64,000 bases of DNA, from positions 1,042 to 65,041 of the forward strand of contig JAFTOF010000002.1 of assembly GCA_017451505.1 (NCBI GenBank), given 5' to 3'. The DNA is from Clostridia bacterium (lineage in GTDB: Bacteria > Bacillota > Clostridia > UMGS1883). The notes under the pieces were generated by a model. It was not told the origin of the DNA, ran no database searches, and saw only the letters and a list, made by a program, of their open reading frames with translations. Of the stretch, positions 8,696-17,931 are shown one piece after another. The position numbers were made by a program, and so were the translations under genes. Each line of letters starts with the position of its first letter. Within the stretch, counting starts at the first letter, position 1.

Positions 8696-9817
8696 TTATT
8701 TAATAATTTTTCCGCCTGAGCCGCTTATTACAAAAACATAATCTTTATCATCAAAAAGCACTATTTTCTTCGCTCCCGATTCACTCATTACACGTTTTTC
8801 TATATCAAGCTCTTTGTCTGCAATATAAATCTCTTTTCCAAAAGCTATAGCAACGGCATTGTCGCCTACACTTATACCGTCGGCAATGTAGTCAAAGGTT
8901 TTTTTACCAATTTCTCTGCCCAGACGGTTCACCGTAACCACCTCTGTAGAATTCCCCTTTACACCGCTTCCCGACTGTTCAAAGGCAAGTACCATAATAT
9001 CGGGATTCGTCACGTCTGCCTTGAGCAGAGTCTTATTTTTATATGAATAGGACCATTTTTTGCTTCCGTCGGAATTATAGTATTCAAGGCTATGACTTCC
9101 CACGGCGGTAAGGGTATTATTCATATTATAATCTACGCTGAAATAAACCTTTGCCTCGCTGCTATGCCTTTCAATTTTCTCTGCCTGTGTAATATCAAGA
9201 ATTAAAATTTCACCCAGAAGTTTCTGGTTGCCCGCCGTTGCCAGAGAAATTGCAATAGCATTATTCTTTGAGTTAATATCACCGTCGAGGAATTGGCTTT
9301 TACTTACATCCCACTTGAAAATGGGTTCTCCCGACTTATTATATACCATACATTCGCAGTTATATCCTTCCTTTTCTGTGGCAAGGAAGAGATAGCCGTT
9401 ACTATTCACTTTTGCTCTTATAATTTTGTTTTTGGTTTTTATGCTGTAACATTCCTTTATGCGTTTGTACACAGTTACATCCATGGAATTTTTATTATAA
9501 CAAACAGCATAATCCCCCTCTGTAAAAAGCACAGGCTCGGACAGGGCTATTGAAATTTTCTCACCGTCTCCGTCTTCGTCAAATATACGCATGGAGGTTG
9601 TTGACACATGCACTACTTCCCCATCTAATCTGGCGGCATCACCTACGAAGAATCCGCTGCTTCCCTCCTGTGTTTCGGTCACAACGCCTTCACTTTCGTC
9701 GGTGCCATTGAATAGGTCAAGGTCTCTGTTAAGGTAATAAATTATCACAAGCATTGAAAGAATAACAATTATTGCAGCTGAATTTTTTAAAATATGTTTA
9801 ATTTTTTCCTTATTCAT
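8696..9817 (-). CDS. Membrane-anchored hypothetical protein (beta-rich, possibly DUF5711-like)
   Basis: 373 aa with an N-terminal TM anchor (AAIIVILSMLVIIYYL) and a beta-strand-rich remainder. Its start overlaps the truA stop, suggesting translational coupling. Confidence 0.6.
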   Translation of the reverse strand: MNKEKIKHILKNSAAIIVILSMLVIIYYLNRDLDLFNGTDESEGVVTETQEGSSGFFVGDAARLDGEVVHVSTTSMRIFDEDGDGEKISIALSEPVLFTEGDYAVCYNKNSMDVTVYKRIKECYSIKTKNKIIRAKVNSNGYLFLATEKEGYNCECMVYNKSGEPIFKWDVSKSQFLDGDINSKNNAIAISLATAGNQKLLGEILILDITQAEKIERHSSEAKVYFSVDYNMNNTLTAVGSHSLEYYNSDGSKKWSYSYKNKTLLKADVTNPDIMVLAFEQSGSGVKGNSTEVVTVNRLGREIGKKTFDYIADGISVGDNAVAIAFGKEIYIADKELDIEKRVMSESGAKKIVLFDDKDYVFVISGSGGKIIK

Positions 9818-10544
9818 AATTCACCTCTACCAAAGAAAGCCCTTGAGGAGGAGCAGTTATCCCCATTAATCTTCTGTCTTTCTTTTCTATAAGCTCGGAA
9901 ATTTCGCTCTCGGAAAGCTTGCCGTTACCCACATAAACAAGTGTGCCTACGATTATCCGCACCATATTGTATAAAAATCCGTCGGCGGCGGCACGCACGG
10001 TTATTAAATCGCCATCTTTTTTGAGCGAAAGCTCAGTAACCGTTCTGACTGTGGACTTAACCACACTCCCTGCTGCACAAAAAGAAGCAAAGTCGTGTTT
10101 TCCCAAGATAAGCTTTGCCGCGTTTTGCATTTTTTCAAAATCAAGTGTTACCGGATAATGCCACGCAAAATTTCTGAGCAGCGGATCCATAAAAGGAGCG
10201 TTAAGGATTTTGTATTCATATGCTTTTGTAACTGTTTCAAATCGGGCGTTAAAGCCCTCATGCATTATCTCGCACTTATAGGCACGAATATCAGGCGGAA
10301 GCATGGTATTAAGAACAAACGGAATCTTATCGCACGGGATTGTGGTTTCTCCTGTAAAGCTGCACACATATATCTTTGCGTGAACTCCCGCATCTGTTCT
10401 GCTGCATCCTGTAACAGTAGTTTCCTTTTTAAAAACCTCGGATAAAATACCCTCTAAAACCTCCTGCACAGTGATGCCGTTTTTCTGACGCTGCCATCCG
10501 TGATAATTTGTGCCGTCATATGCCATTGTAAGTTTATAAGTCAT
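9810..10544 (-). CDS. truA: tRNA pseudouridine(38-40) synthase
   Basis: MTYKLTMAYDGTNYHGWQRQ...CSRTDAGVHA. I chose the internal ATG at 10544, which overlaps the ecfT stop (ATAATG). The ORF-track start at 10598 lies inside ecfT. Confidence 0.9.
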   Translation of the reverse strand: MTYKLTMAYDGTNYHGWQRQKNGITVQEVLEGILSEVFKKETTVTGCSRTDAGVHAKIYVCSFTGETTIPCDKIPFVLNTMLPPDIRAYKCEIMHEGFNARFETVTKAYEYKILNAPFMDPLLRNFAWHYPVTLDFEKMQNAAKLILGKHDFASFCAAGSVVKSTVRTVTELSLKKDGDLITVRAAADGFLYNMVRIIVGTLVYVGNGKLSESEISELIEKKDRRLMGITAPPQGLSLVEVNYE

Positions 10545-11347
10545 TATGATACAACCTCTATCAAAACAAGTGTACACACCATTATGATGCCGAAACAAAG
10601 TGCTGACAAATCATTTATGCCAAATTCAAGCTTCCTGTAGGAAGTTCGGGGTGCATCGCTGTTATAGCACCTGCATTCCATTGCTACCGCCAAATCGTCC
10701 GCACGCCTGAAAGCACTGACAAACAGCGGAACCAAAATTGGAATCATAGCCTTAATACGCTTAATAGGATTTCCATTCTCAAAATCTGCACCCCTTGAGG
10801 TTTGTGCCTTAATTATTTTATCCGTTTCATCAAGAAGTGTGGGAATGAATCGCAGTGCAATGCTTATCATCATTACAAAAACAGAAACGGGAACTCCGAT
10901 TTTCTTAAGCGGTGACAGAAGTGATTCCATTCCGCTTGTTAAAACAGTGGGCGTGGTGCTTAATGTAAGAAGTGATGTTCCCATTATAAGAAGCGTTATC
11001 CTCACCGCCATTTTTATAGCAAGCCATAAGCCCCCCTCTGTAATTGAAAAAATGCCTTTTTCAAAAATCACTTTTCCCTCATCAACCAAAAACAAATTAA
11101 GAAATGCCGTAAATATCACAAGAAAAAGTATTGGCTTTAATCCTCTTAATATATATTTAAGCGGAATATGTGAAATTTTTATAACCATAGCGGTAAAAGC
11201 GATTATTACCCCGTATGAGTATATGCTGTCAACCACAAAAAGCATAACCATATAAAGGAGCGTCCACAAAATTTTTGTTCTGGGATCCATTTTATGAACT
11301 ACTGAATCAGTGCTGTAGTACTGACCGATTGTAATATCACGAATCAT
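10544..11347 (-). CDS. ecfT: Energy-coupling factor transporter transmembrane protein
   Basis: Polytopic membrane protein in the conserved ecfA1-ecfA2-ecfT-truA order. Start MIRDITIGQYY at 11347 overlaps the ecfA2 stop (ATGA). Confidence 0.85.
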   Translation of the reverse strand: MIRDITIGQYYSTDSVVHKMDPRTKILWTLLYMVMLFVVDSIYSYGVIIAFTAMVIKISHIPLKYILRGLKPILFLVIFTAFLNLFLVDEGKVIFEKGIFSITEGGLWLAIKMAVRITLLIMGTSLLTLSTTPTVLTSGMESLLSPLKKIGVPVSVFVMMISIALRFIPTLLDETDKIIKAQTSRGADFENGNPIKRIKAMIPILVPLFVSAFRRADDLAVAMECRCYNSDAPRTSYRKLEFGINDLSALCFGIIMVCTLVLIEVVS

Positions 11348-12195
11348 AATGTCGCCCCCAATCGTTGACATATAACATCAGAGAGCTTTGTTATATCAAA
11401 AATGTTTTCTGGAATATTCATTCCGCCGTCGTTTAAAAGCTTAATAACTTTTGTTATTTCAGGAATCTCAAGACCGCATTTTTTGAGTAAGGCTGCATCG
11501 GAAAATATATTTGAAACCGTGTCATCCTTATACTTTTCGCCATTATTAAGTACGATTATCCTTTCGGCATTTTGTGCAAGGTCCTCCATACTATGCGAGA
11601 TAAGAATAATGGTTGTATTCTGCTCTTTTCTTATTTTGTGAAGCTCGCCCCAGAGTCTCTCCCTGCCCGACGGGTCAAGCCCTGCAGCAGGCTCGTCAAG
11701 TATCAAAACTTCAGGCTCCGTGGCAAGCACGCCTGCGATTGCAACACGCCTCTTTTGACCGCCTGACAGCTCAAAAGGAGATTTTTCAAAAAGCTCCTCC
11801 TTAAGATGTGCAAGGGCGGCACTGCGGCGTACACATTTATCCGTTTCTTCCTCGCTAAGACCTTTGTTTTTAGGTCCGAAAGCTATATCGCGGTATACAG
11901 TTTCTTCAAAAAGCTGATGCTCGGGATACTGAAATACTATCCCTACCTTGCTTCTCAAAACACGTGCGGCAGCCTTATAATCACTGTACTCTATGCCGTC
12001 AACTAAAATAGTTCCGCCACACGGCTTAATAAGCCCTGCAAGTATTTGGGCAACGGTTGTTTTTCCGCTTCCCGTATGGCCTGCAACGCCGATAAATTCA
12101 CCCTTATTAATTTTTAAATTAATATCCTTTACGGCAGCCGCATTATCGCCGATGCTGTCGTTGTAAGAATATGAAACATTCTTAAATTCAATCAT
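11344..12195 (-). CDS. ecfA2: ECF transporter ATPase component 2
   Basis: 283 aa with Walker A GHTGSGKTT, signature LSGGQKRRV and Walker B LILDEP. Confidence 0.9.
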   Translation of the reverse strand: MIEFKNVSYSYNDSIGDNAAAVKDINLKINKGEFIGVAGHTGSGKTTVAQILAGLIKPCGGTILVDGIEYSDYKAAARVLRSKVGIVFQYPEHQLFEETVYRDIAFGPKNKGLSEEETDKCVRRSAALAHLKEELFEKSPFELSGGQKRRVAIAGVLATEPEVLILDEPAAGLDPSGRERLWGELHKIRKEQNTTIILISHSMEDLAQNAERIIVLNNGEKYKDDTVSNIFSDAALLKKCGLEIPEITKVIKLLNDGGMNIPENIFDITKLSDVICQRLGATL

Positions 12196-12210
12196 ACTAA
12201 AATTCCTTTG

Positions 12211-12494
12211 TAGTTAGCGTGATACTAGATATCCAAACCTCGTTTTTTACTTTCTATTTTCCGCCGCTACTGCGTTGAAAGCCTTACCCATACGTCAGTA
12301 TGGGTTGCATTTTCGCCTTGTATCGACGAAAAATAGTTTGTAAAAAATTCTGCGAACCTGAAACGGATGAAATTTTGTGCAGATTTTGGTGCGGAGTTCG
12401 CAGACAGGCTGTCGCCTTTCAAGAACGACAAGCTAAAAGATGCCGAAATTTCACCGTTTCAGGCGGGTTCGGATATCTACTGTCACGCTGAGTA
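12211..12494. mobile_element. MITE-like 284-bp element with 29-bp imperfect terminal inverted repeats
   Basis: Left end is TAGTTAGCGTGATACTAGATATCCAAACC. The reverse complement of the right end is TACTCAGCGTGACAGTAGATATCCGAACC (24/29 identical). It has no credible ORF and sits in the normally tight ecfA1-ecfA2 junction. Both ends carry TA. Confidence 0.6.
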
Positions 12495-13311
12495 TCTCCT
12501 CGGCACATTCCTTGGGTGTAAGAGTCTCTTTTTCAATATTTATTCCCTTTTTTCTAAGTGCATGTACAAGAGCCGTAGAGTCCGGAACGGAAAGTCCTAA
12601 ATCACGAAGTTTTTCTTCCTCTCTGAACACCTCTCTCGGAGGTGCATCAAACCTGACCTTTCCCTTGTCCAAAACAATTACCCGGTCAGCCTTTGCTGCC
12701 TCGTCCATATAATGAGTGATAAGGACAATCGTTATGTTGTTCTCTCTATTTAAGCTCAGGATTGTATCCATAACTTCCCTACGCCCCTGCGGGTCAAGCA
12801 TGGCGGTTGGTTCGTCAAGAACAATGCACCGTGGCTGCATTGCCAGAATTCCCGCAATAGCTACACGCTGCTTCTGTCCGCCCGATAAAAGATGCGGTGC
12901 ACGTTTCCTATGCTCGTACATATTTACGGCTTTAAGTGCTGCCTCAACCCTTCTGTGCATTTCTTCCCTGTCTATGGCAAGGTTTTCAAGTCCGAATGCT
13001 ACGTCCTCCTCCACAATGGTAGCTACAATCTGGTTGTCGGGATTCTGGAATACCATACCTGCACTTTTTCTCAGCTCGTAGAGCTTTTTTTCATCAGAGG
13101 TATCTATTCCGCAGACAGTTATACTTCCTCCGCATGGCAAGAGTATAGCATTTATATGCTTTGCAAATGTACTCTTTCCGCTTCCGTTATGACCTATAAT
13201 TGCAGTAAAACTGCCCTCTTTTATATCTATATTTAATCCGTCAAGAACTACCTTCTCATCATTTTCTCTTTTATATGAAAAGGAAAGCTCCTTTGTTTCA
13301 ATAATATTCAT
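12451..13311 (-). CDS. ecfA1: ECF transporter ATPase component 1
   Basis: 286 aa with Walker [10 protein letters not shown], signature LSGGQKQRV and Walker B IVLDEP. The last roughly 13 codons and the stop lie inside the right inverted repeat of the 12211-12494 element. Confidence 0.9.
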   Translation of the reverse strand: MNIIETKELSFSYKRENDEKVVLDGLNIDIKEGSFTAIIGHNGSGKSTFAKHINAILLPCGGSITVCGIDTSDEKKLYELRKSAGMVFQNPDNQIVATIVEEDVAFGLENLAIDREEMHRRVEAALKAVNMYEHRKRAPHLLSGGQKQRVAIAGILAMQPRCIVLDEPTAMLDPQGRREVMDTILSLNRENNITIVLITHYMDEAAKADRVIVLDKGKVRFDAPPREVFREEEKLRDLGLSVPDSTALVHALRKKGINIEKETLTPKECAEEILSVTVDIRTRLKR

Positions 13312-13326
13312 AATACCAGTCCAATA

Positions 13327-14190
13327 CTATTTTTCCCATCTTGCAGTTGCTCCGCAGGGAAGCACCATTGATGAGCTTGTAATTTTAAGTCCGATTTCAC
13401 TTGCCTCAATTTTGCCCTCAGGCAGACACATCTGCATGAGGTTGGACATCACGGTGGGAGAAAGCCCTGTGGTATAGGAATTGATTATAAAGAATAAAGG
13501 ATTATCGCTTAAAAGAAGTGCACATCTGTGTACAAAATGGCATATGGAATCCTCTATTTTCCACACTTCTCCCCCTGGCCCTCTGCCGTAAGAGGGTGGG
13601 TCCATTAAAATTGCGTCGTATTTATTTCCACGCCTTATTTCTCTTTCCACAAACTTCATACAGTCATCTACAAGATACCTTATAGGTGCATCGGCAAGAG
13701 AGCTTGAACGTGCATTTTCCTTAGCCCACTGAACCATACCCTTTGAAGCATCAACATGGGTAACCGCTGCCCCTGCCTTTGCACAGGCTACGGTAGCACC
13801 GCCCGTATAGGCAAAGAGGTTTAAAACCTTTGCCCCCTTGCGTCCTTTTATTGTATCCATCATATAATCCCAGTTTACTGCCTGTTCGGGGAAAAGTCCA
13901 GTATGCTTAAAGCCCATGGGTTTAATGTTAAAGGTTAAATTCTTATAGCTGACTGTCCACTGGTCGGGAATACTTTTTTTGTATTCCCACTTTCCGCCGC
14001 CGCTTGAAGAACGGTGATAATGTGCATCTGCCGTTTTCCATACGCCCTTGTTTGCCTTACTGTCCCAGATCACCTGAGGGTCAGGTCTGCACAATATTAT
14101 GTCACCCCAGCGTTCAAGCTTTTCACCGCTTGCGGTATCTATACATTCATAATCTTTCCAATCTTCTGCAACCCACATAGTTTTCTCCAT
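13327..14190 (-). CDS. Class I SAM-dependent methyltransferase (RlmI/RlmK-like core)
   Basis: 287 aa with LNLFAYTGGATVACA (motif I) and ILMDPPSYGRG (DPP motif). Confidence 0.75.
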   Translation of the reverse strand: MEKTMWVAEDWKDYECIDTASGEKLERWGDIILCRPDPQVIWDSKANKGVWKTADAHYHRSSSGGGKWEYKKSIPDQWTVSYKNLTFNIKPMGFKHTGLFPEQAVNWDYMMDTIKGRKGAKVLNLFAYTGGATVACAKAGAAVTHVDASKGMVQWAKENARSSSLADAPIRYLVDDCMKFVEREIRRGNKYDAILMDPPSYGRGPGGEVWKIEDSICHFVHRCALLLSDNPLFFIINSYTTGLSPTVMSNLMQMCLPEGKIEASEIGLKITSSSMVLPCGATARWEK

Positions 14191-14199
14191 TCAAATTCA

Positions 14200-15087
14200 T
14201 CAATCTTCGTAATCTTCAAAATTATATTTATCGGAAAATACAAATCCCACAAGGTCTGGACCGCCGTGACAAGCGATAACCGAGCCGAGCCTTAGCTCTA
14301 TAGTTTTCAGATTCTCAAAGGCAGCTGTAAGCTCGCCCTTTAATTCCTCATCTTTTTCCTTGTATCCAGAGTGAACGGCAAATACGCTCTTGCCCGTCAA
14401 ATCAAAGCCATCTGTCTTGGCTTTTTCGACAAGCTTCTTTAAAAGCTTCTTACTTCCGCGAAGCTTTCCGTCCTGAACTACAAGACCATCCTTGATTGCA
14501 AGAACAGGCTTAATATCAAGCACATTGGCAATCATGAATGTAGCCGCATTTATTCTTCCGCCACGCTTCAGGTAAGTCATATCGCCTACAAGGAAGTATG
14601 CATGCATGGTTGTATACACGTCTTCAAGATAGCTTACAATTTCCTCTTTTGACTTTCCTTCACTGAGCATATGTGCGGCGTGAACCACACCGCCGCCGTA
14701 AAGACATGAATATCCGTGGGAATCAACAACTATAATCTCTCCCCCGCGTTCATCCATCACTTCCTGAGCGGAAAGCAGTGCATTTTGATACATGCCGCTT
14801 CCCGCGGAAGAAATTGTAACAACAATCAAAGTGTCAAAGCCGTTGTCATATTCCTCATTAAAAGCATCGGCATATCTTATGGGAGTAATCTGCGTAGTCT
14901 TGGGAGTCTCACTTTCAGAATCAGACAATCTTGCATAAAACTCATCCTTAGACATATCTATACCTTCCTTGTAGTATGTCTCTCCGTCAAAGGAAAACAT
15001 AATGGGAAGCATTCTGATGCCCAATTTTTCAGCCTGTGCAGTTGTAATATCGCTTCCGCTGTCGGTTAAAATTTTAATCTTGCTCAT
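14200..15087 (-). CDS. DegV family fatty-acid-binding protein
   Basis: Start MSKIKILTDSGSDI is preceded by AAGGAGAGG. DegV-type fold motifs run throughout. The ORF-track start at 15108 is less likely. Confidence 0.85.
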   Translation of the reverse strand: MSKIKILTDSGSDITTAQAEKLGIRMLPIMFSFDGETYYKEGIDMSKDEFYARLSDSESETPKTTQITPIRYADAFNEEYDNGFDTLIVVTISSAGSGMYQNALLSAQEVMDERGGEIIVVDSHGYSCLYGGGVVHAAHMLSEGKSKEEIVSYLEDVYTTMHAYFLVGDMTYLKRGGRINAATFMIANVLDIKPVLAIKDGLVVQDGKLRGSKKLLKKLVEKAKTDGFDLTGKSVFAVHSGYKEKDEELKGELTAAFENLKTIELRLGSVIACHGGPDLVGFVFSDKYNFEDYED

Positions 15088-17353
15088 TATCAAATTCCTC
15101 TCCTTCATTTATAAACTGGGTAGGTGTGATTTCTTCTTTAATTTTATCTGAATTATCTATTGTAACCCCTCTTGTTGCCATTTCCTGCTGTGCCCTTAAA
15201 AGAGAAGCGTAAATGCCATTCTTTTCAAGAAGCTCTTTATGAGTTCCCGTTTCGGCAATTTTTCCGTTGTCCAGCACGAACAGTCTGTCCGCATTTTTAA
15301 GTGTGGATAATCGGTGGGCAATGGCAAATACGGTTTTTCCTTTGGTAACTTTTTTTAACGCATCCTGAATCTTTAACTCCGTATCGGAATCTACAGATGC
15401 GGTTGCTTCGTCCAAAATAAGAATTTTGGGGTTTGCCACAATGGCACGTGCTATTGAGATACGCTGGCGTTCCCCTCCCGAGAGCTTATACCCTTTTTCT
15501 CCCACATAAGTATTATATCCGTCGGGAAGCTCCATTATGAAATCATGTGCGTTTGCCTTCTTTGCGGCAATAATACAATCCTCGAGGGTAGCTTTCGGGG
15601 CGGCATATTTAAGGTTATCGAGGATACTTCCGCTGAAAAGATAGCTTTCCTGCAAAACCACTCCCAGAAGATTCTTGTAGTCCTGCTGATTATATTCCGA
15701 AATGTCGCTTCCGTCAAGCAAAATTTTCCCTCTGTCGGGGCTGTAAAGACGCATAATAAGATTAATCATCGTGCTTTTCCCTGCTCCGCTGTGACCGACA
15801 AGCCCTATCATTTCGCCTTTTTTTACGGATTCTTCTATATTTTTCAGTACACGCCTGTAGCTCTTGTATCCAAAAGAAACGTTATCAAAGGTAAAGCTGC
15901 CCTCTGCCTTATCTGCCGAGGCTTTTATATCACCATCGAGTTGTTCTTCTTCCTCGAGAACCTCAAAAACCCTTTGCGAGCTGACAAGAGCCATAGTAAA
16001 ATGTCTGGGAAGCATACTAAACCACTCAAGCCTGCTGTAGAGGTATCCCCCGTAGGTGGAAAACTGAACAAGCTCGCCCACACTCATGCTGCCGCTGAGA
16101 ACCTTGTTTCCGCCAAAAAGAAGTACAAGATATGCTCCGAAACCCATTATAAACTTAATTATGGGGAATATGGTATAAACATATTTCTCATTTGCACAGG
16201 TAATATTTCTTACATCGCCCGCCGTTTTCTTAAAGCGGTTGATTTCATCATCTTCCCTGCCGAAAACCTTGACAACCTTGATTCCGTTTAACACTTCGGT
16301 AAGGCGATTTGTCATCTTATCCATTTTTCTCCACTGCTTATGATACCTGCTTCGTATATTAAGGCGTATCTTTCCGATAAGATACAATGCAATGGGCATA
16401 GGGAGAAAAATCAAAAGAGACATTTTCGCATCAAGATACACGGTTATAACTGCTATTGCAATAAAGAGGCATATTTCATTCACTGCCATTATGGCAATGT
16501 CCTGAATAAAAGTCTGTATACGCTGTGTATCATTATTGATTCTCTGCATCAAATCGCCCGTCTTTTTTTCTTCAATGTAGCTAAGGGGCATTTTCTGAAG
16601 CTTTTCGTATATATGATTTCTTAAATCCTTAACCAGAAGATTACTTGCCTTTGACGATATAATACTGCGGATAACAGATACAACCATACTGATAACGGTG
16701 GTAAGAAGCATTAGTCCCACTATGATGAGAAGTGTGGTTATGGAAGCATTTTTTATATTCAGCACATCATTTATCAGATGCTTTGAAAGAATAGGCGTAA
16801 CTACCGTCACAATGCTTGTTATCCAAAACAAAAGTAAAAGGGTTATATATAAACCTTTATACGGTTTTGCTATTTTGAAAAGCTTTTTAAAAACAGAAAA
16901 TTTATCACTGCAGTGAGTGCATACGGTGGTATTTTTAATATATGCTCTGCCGCATTTTGGACACACTCTGTCCTCGGCAAAGGCTTTTTCATTAATGACA
17001 GGCTCCAATCCCTTTGCAAGGTCATTAATGATTTCGCACACTGACGTAAATTCCTCAATATGCTTCATAGAAAAACGAACAAGCTGTTTTCTCCCTTTTA
17101 CCGTGAAAGCTTCCAATATTCCTCCGCCTGTATATTCTCCAAGGCAAACCTTTTCAATGTTTTCAATATTTTCCGCAAGAACAAGCCTGCCGTTTTCCAC
17201 CACACAAAGCCTGTGTCTGCTTACGGCAAAAACGCCTTCTGTATATGTGCCGTCTTCCGATACATCATAAAGAAGTGACAGGAGCATTTCTTCCCCATTA
17301 AGTGCAACGGACACAATATCGCTGTATTTAGTTATTGATGCCTTTGCACTCAT
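15074..17353 (-). CDS. ABC exporter (fused TMD-NBD) with N-terminal PH-like domain and zinc ribbon
   Basis: Walker A GHSGAGKST, signature LSGGERQRI and Walker B LILDEA, with six TM helices. The N-terminal roughly 170 aa include CPKCGRAY...CTHCSDK. Start taken as MSAKA (17353) after GAAAGGAG. The ORF-track extension translates a repeat element. Confidence 0.85.
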   Translation of the reverse strand: MSAKASITKYSDIVSVALNGEEMLLSLLYDVSEDGTYTEGVFAVSRHRLCVVENGRLVLAENIENIEKVCLGEYTGGGILEAFTVKGRKQLVRFSMKHIEEFTSVCEIINDLAKGLEPVINEKAFAEDRVCPKCGRAYIKNTTVCTHCSDKFSVFKKLFKIAKPYKGLYITLLLLFWITSIVTVVTPILSKHLINDVLNIKNASITTLLIIVGLMLLTTVISMVVSVIRSIISSKASNLLVKDLRNHIYEKLQKMPLSYIEEKKTGDLMQRINNDTQRIQTFIQDIAIMAVNEICLFIAIAVITVYLDAKMSLLIFLPMPIALYLIGKIRLNIRSRYHKQWRKMDKMTNRLTEVLNGIKVVKVFGREDDEINRFKKTAGDVRNITCANEKYVYTIFPIIKFIMGFGAYLVLLFGGNKVLSGSMSVGELVQFSTYGGYLYSRLEWFSMLPRHFTMALVSSQRVFEVLEEEEQLDGDIKASADKAEGSFTFDNVSFGYKSYRRVLKNIEESVKKGEMIGLVGHSGAGKSTMINLIMRLYSPDRGKILLDGSDISEYNQQDYKNLLGVVLQESYLFSGSILDNLKYAAPKATLEDCIIAAKKANAHDFIMELPDGYNTYVGEKGYKLSGGERQRISIARAIVANPKILILDEATASVDSDTELKIQDALKKVTKGKTVFAIAHRLSTLKNADRLFVLDNGKIAETGTHKELLEKNGIYASLLRAQQEMATRGVTIDNSDKIKEEITPTQFINEGEEFDNEQD

Positions 17354-17380
17354 GTAAATGCTCCTTTCTTTTTTATCGTG

Positions 17381-17404
17381 TATGGGTGAAGCGGCACGCT
17401 TCTT
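17381..17404 (-). repeat. Short form of the stop-proximal repeat family (hairpin module only)
   Basis: Reverse strand reads AAGAAGCGTGCCGCTTCACCCATA, beginning 1 nt after the TAA of the upstream gene. It is identical over 23 nt to the copy at 43132-43154. Confidence 0.75.
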
Positions 17405-17405
17405 G

Positions 17406-17915
17406 TTAGATCCAGATTTCAAGAATTTTTAACGCTTTGTCATCAACCTTTGTAATATCGGGGATATAGTACCTGTTTCCGTAAACATCGATAAGCATAA
17501 TACGGTTATTCCCCATATTCCGCACGTTACTGCTCATGTCTGTAACGGTAAATTCCCGCACTCCCGCCGTGGTCGTAACCTCCCACATTGTATGCCCGAA
17601 TTCCTCGCTGACCTTTTCTACAGAGGTAATTTCGGGAACAAAGTACCGTTTGGCAAGCTCCCTCTTTACCATTTCCAACTGATTTTCGGGAATTTCCGCC
17701 AGCGACCGTAGGATACCTATTTCTTTTTCCTTATCCTCACGGGAATAATTCTCGCTTTTAATACACAAATATTCCTCCTCATACATAAAAGGGAACATTC
17801 TGAGTACGCTTACCCGTCCTATATCCTCCCCTTTGTACTTGAGGCAAAGAAGACCGCTTTTTGTTTCATAAAACAACGTATCGGAAGGACTGATGAAATC
17901 AAGTATATTTTCCAT
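17406..17915 (-). CDS. DUF1854-like protein (ABC-transporter-associated)
   Basis: 169-aa soluble protein sandwiched between two ABC exporter genes. The family assignment is from memory of this conserved context and was not searched. Confidence 0.55.
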   Translation of the reverse strand: MENILDFISPSDTLFYETKSGLLCLKYKGEDIGRVSVLRMFPFMYEEEYLCIKSENYSREDKEKEIGILRSLAEIPENQLEMVKRELAKRYFVPEITSVEKVSEEFGHTMWEVTTTAGVREFTVTDMSSNVRNMGNNRIMLIDVYGNRYYIPDITKVDDKALKILEIWI

Positions 17916-17931
17916 GCTATCTTCATTCCTT

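Noticed and set aside
12300-12600. 63-aa and 77-aa + strand ORFs inside the MITE-like element
   Set aside because: They are short, lack an RBS, overlap each other and the ecfA1 3' end, and are made of inverted-repeat sequence.
15545-16291. 248-aa + strand ORF antisense to the ABC exporter
   Set aside because: It is a shadow ORF within a CDS that has clear Walker and signature motifs on the opposite strand.
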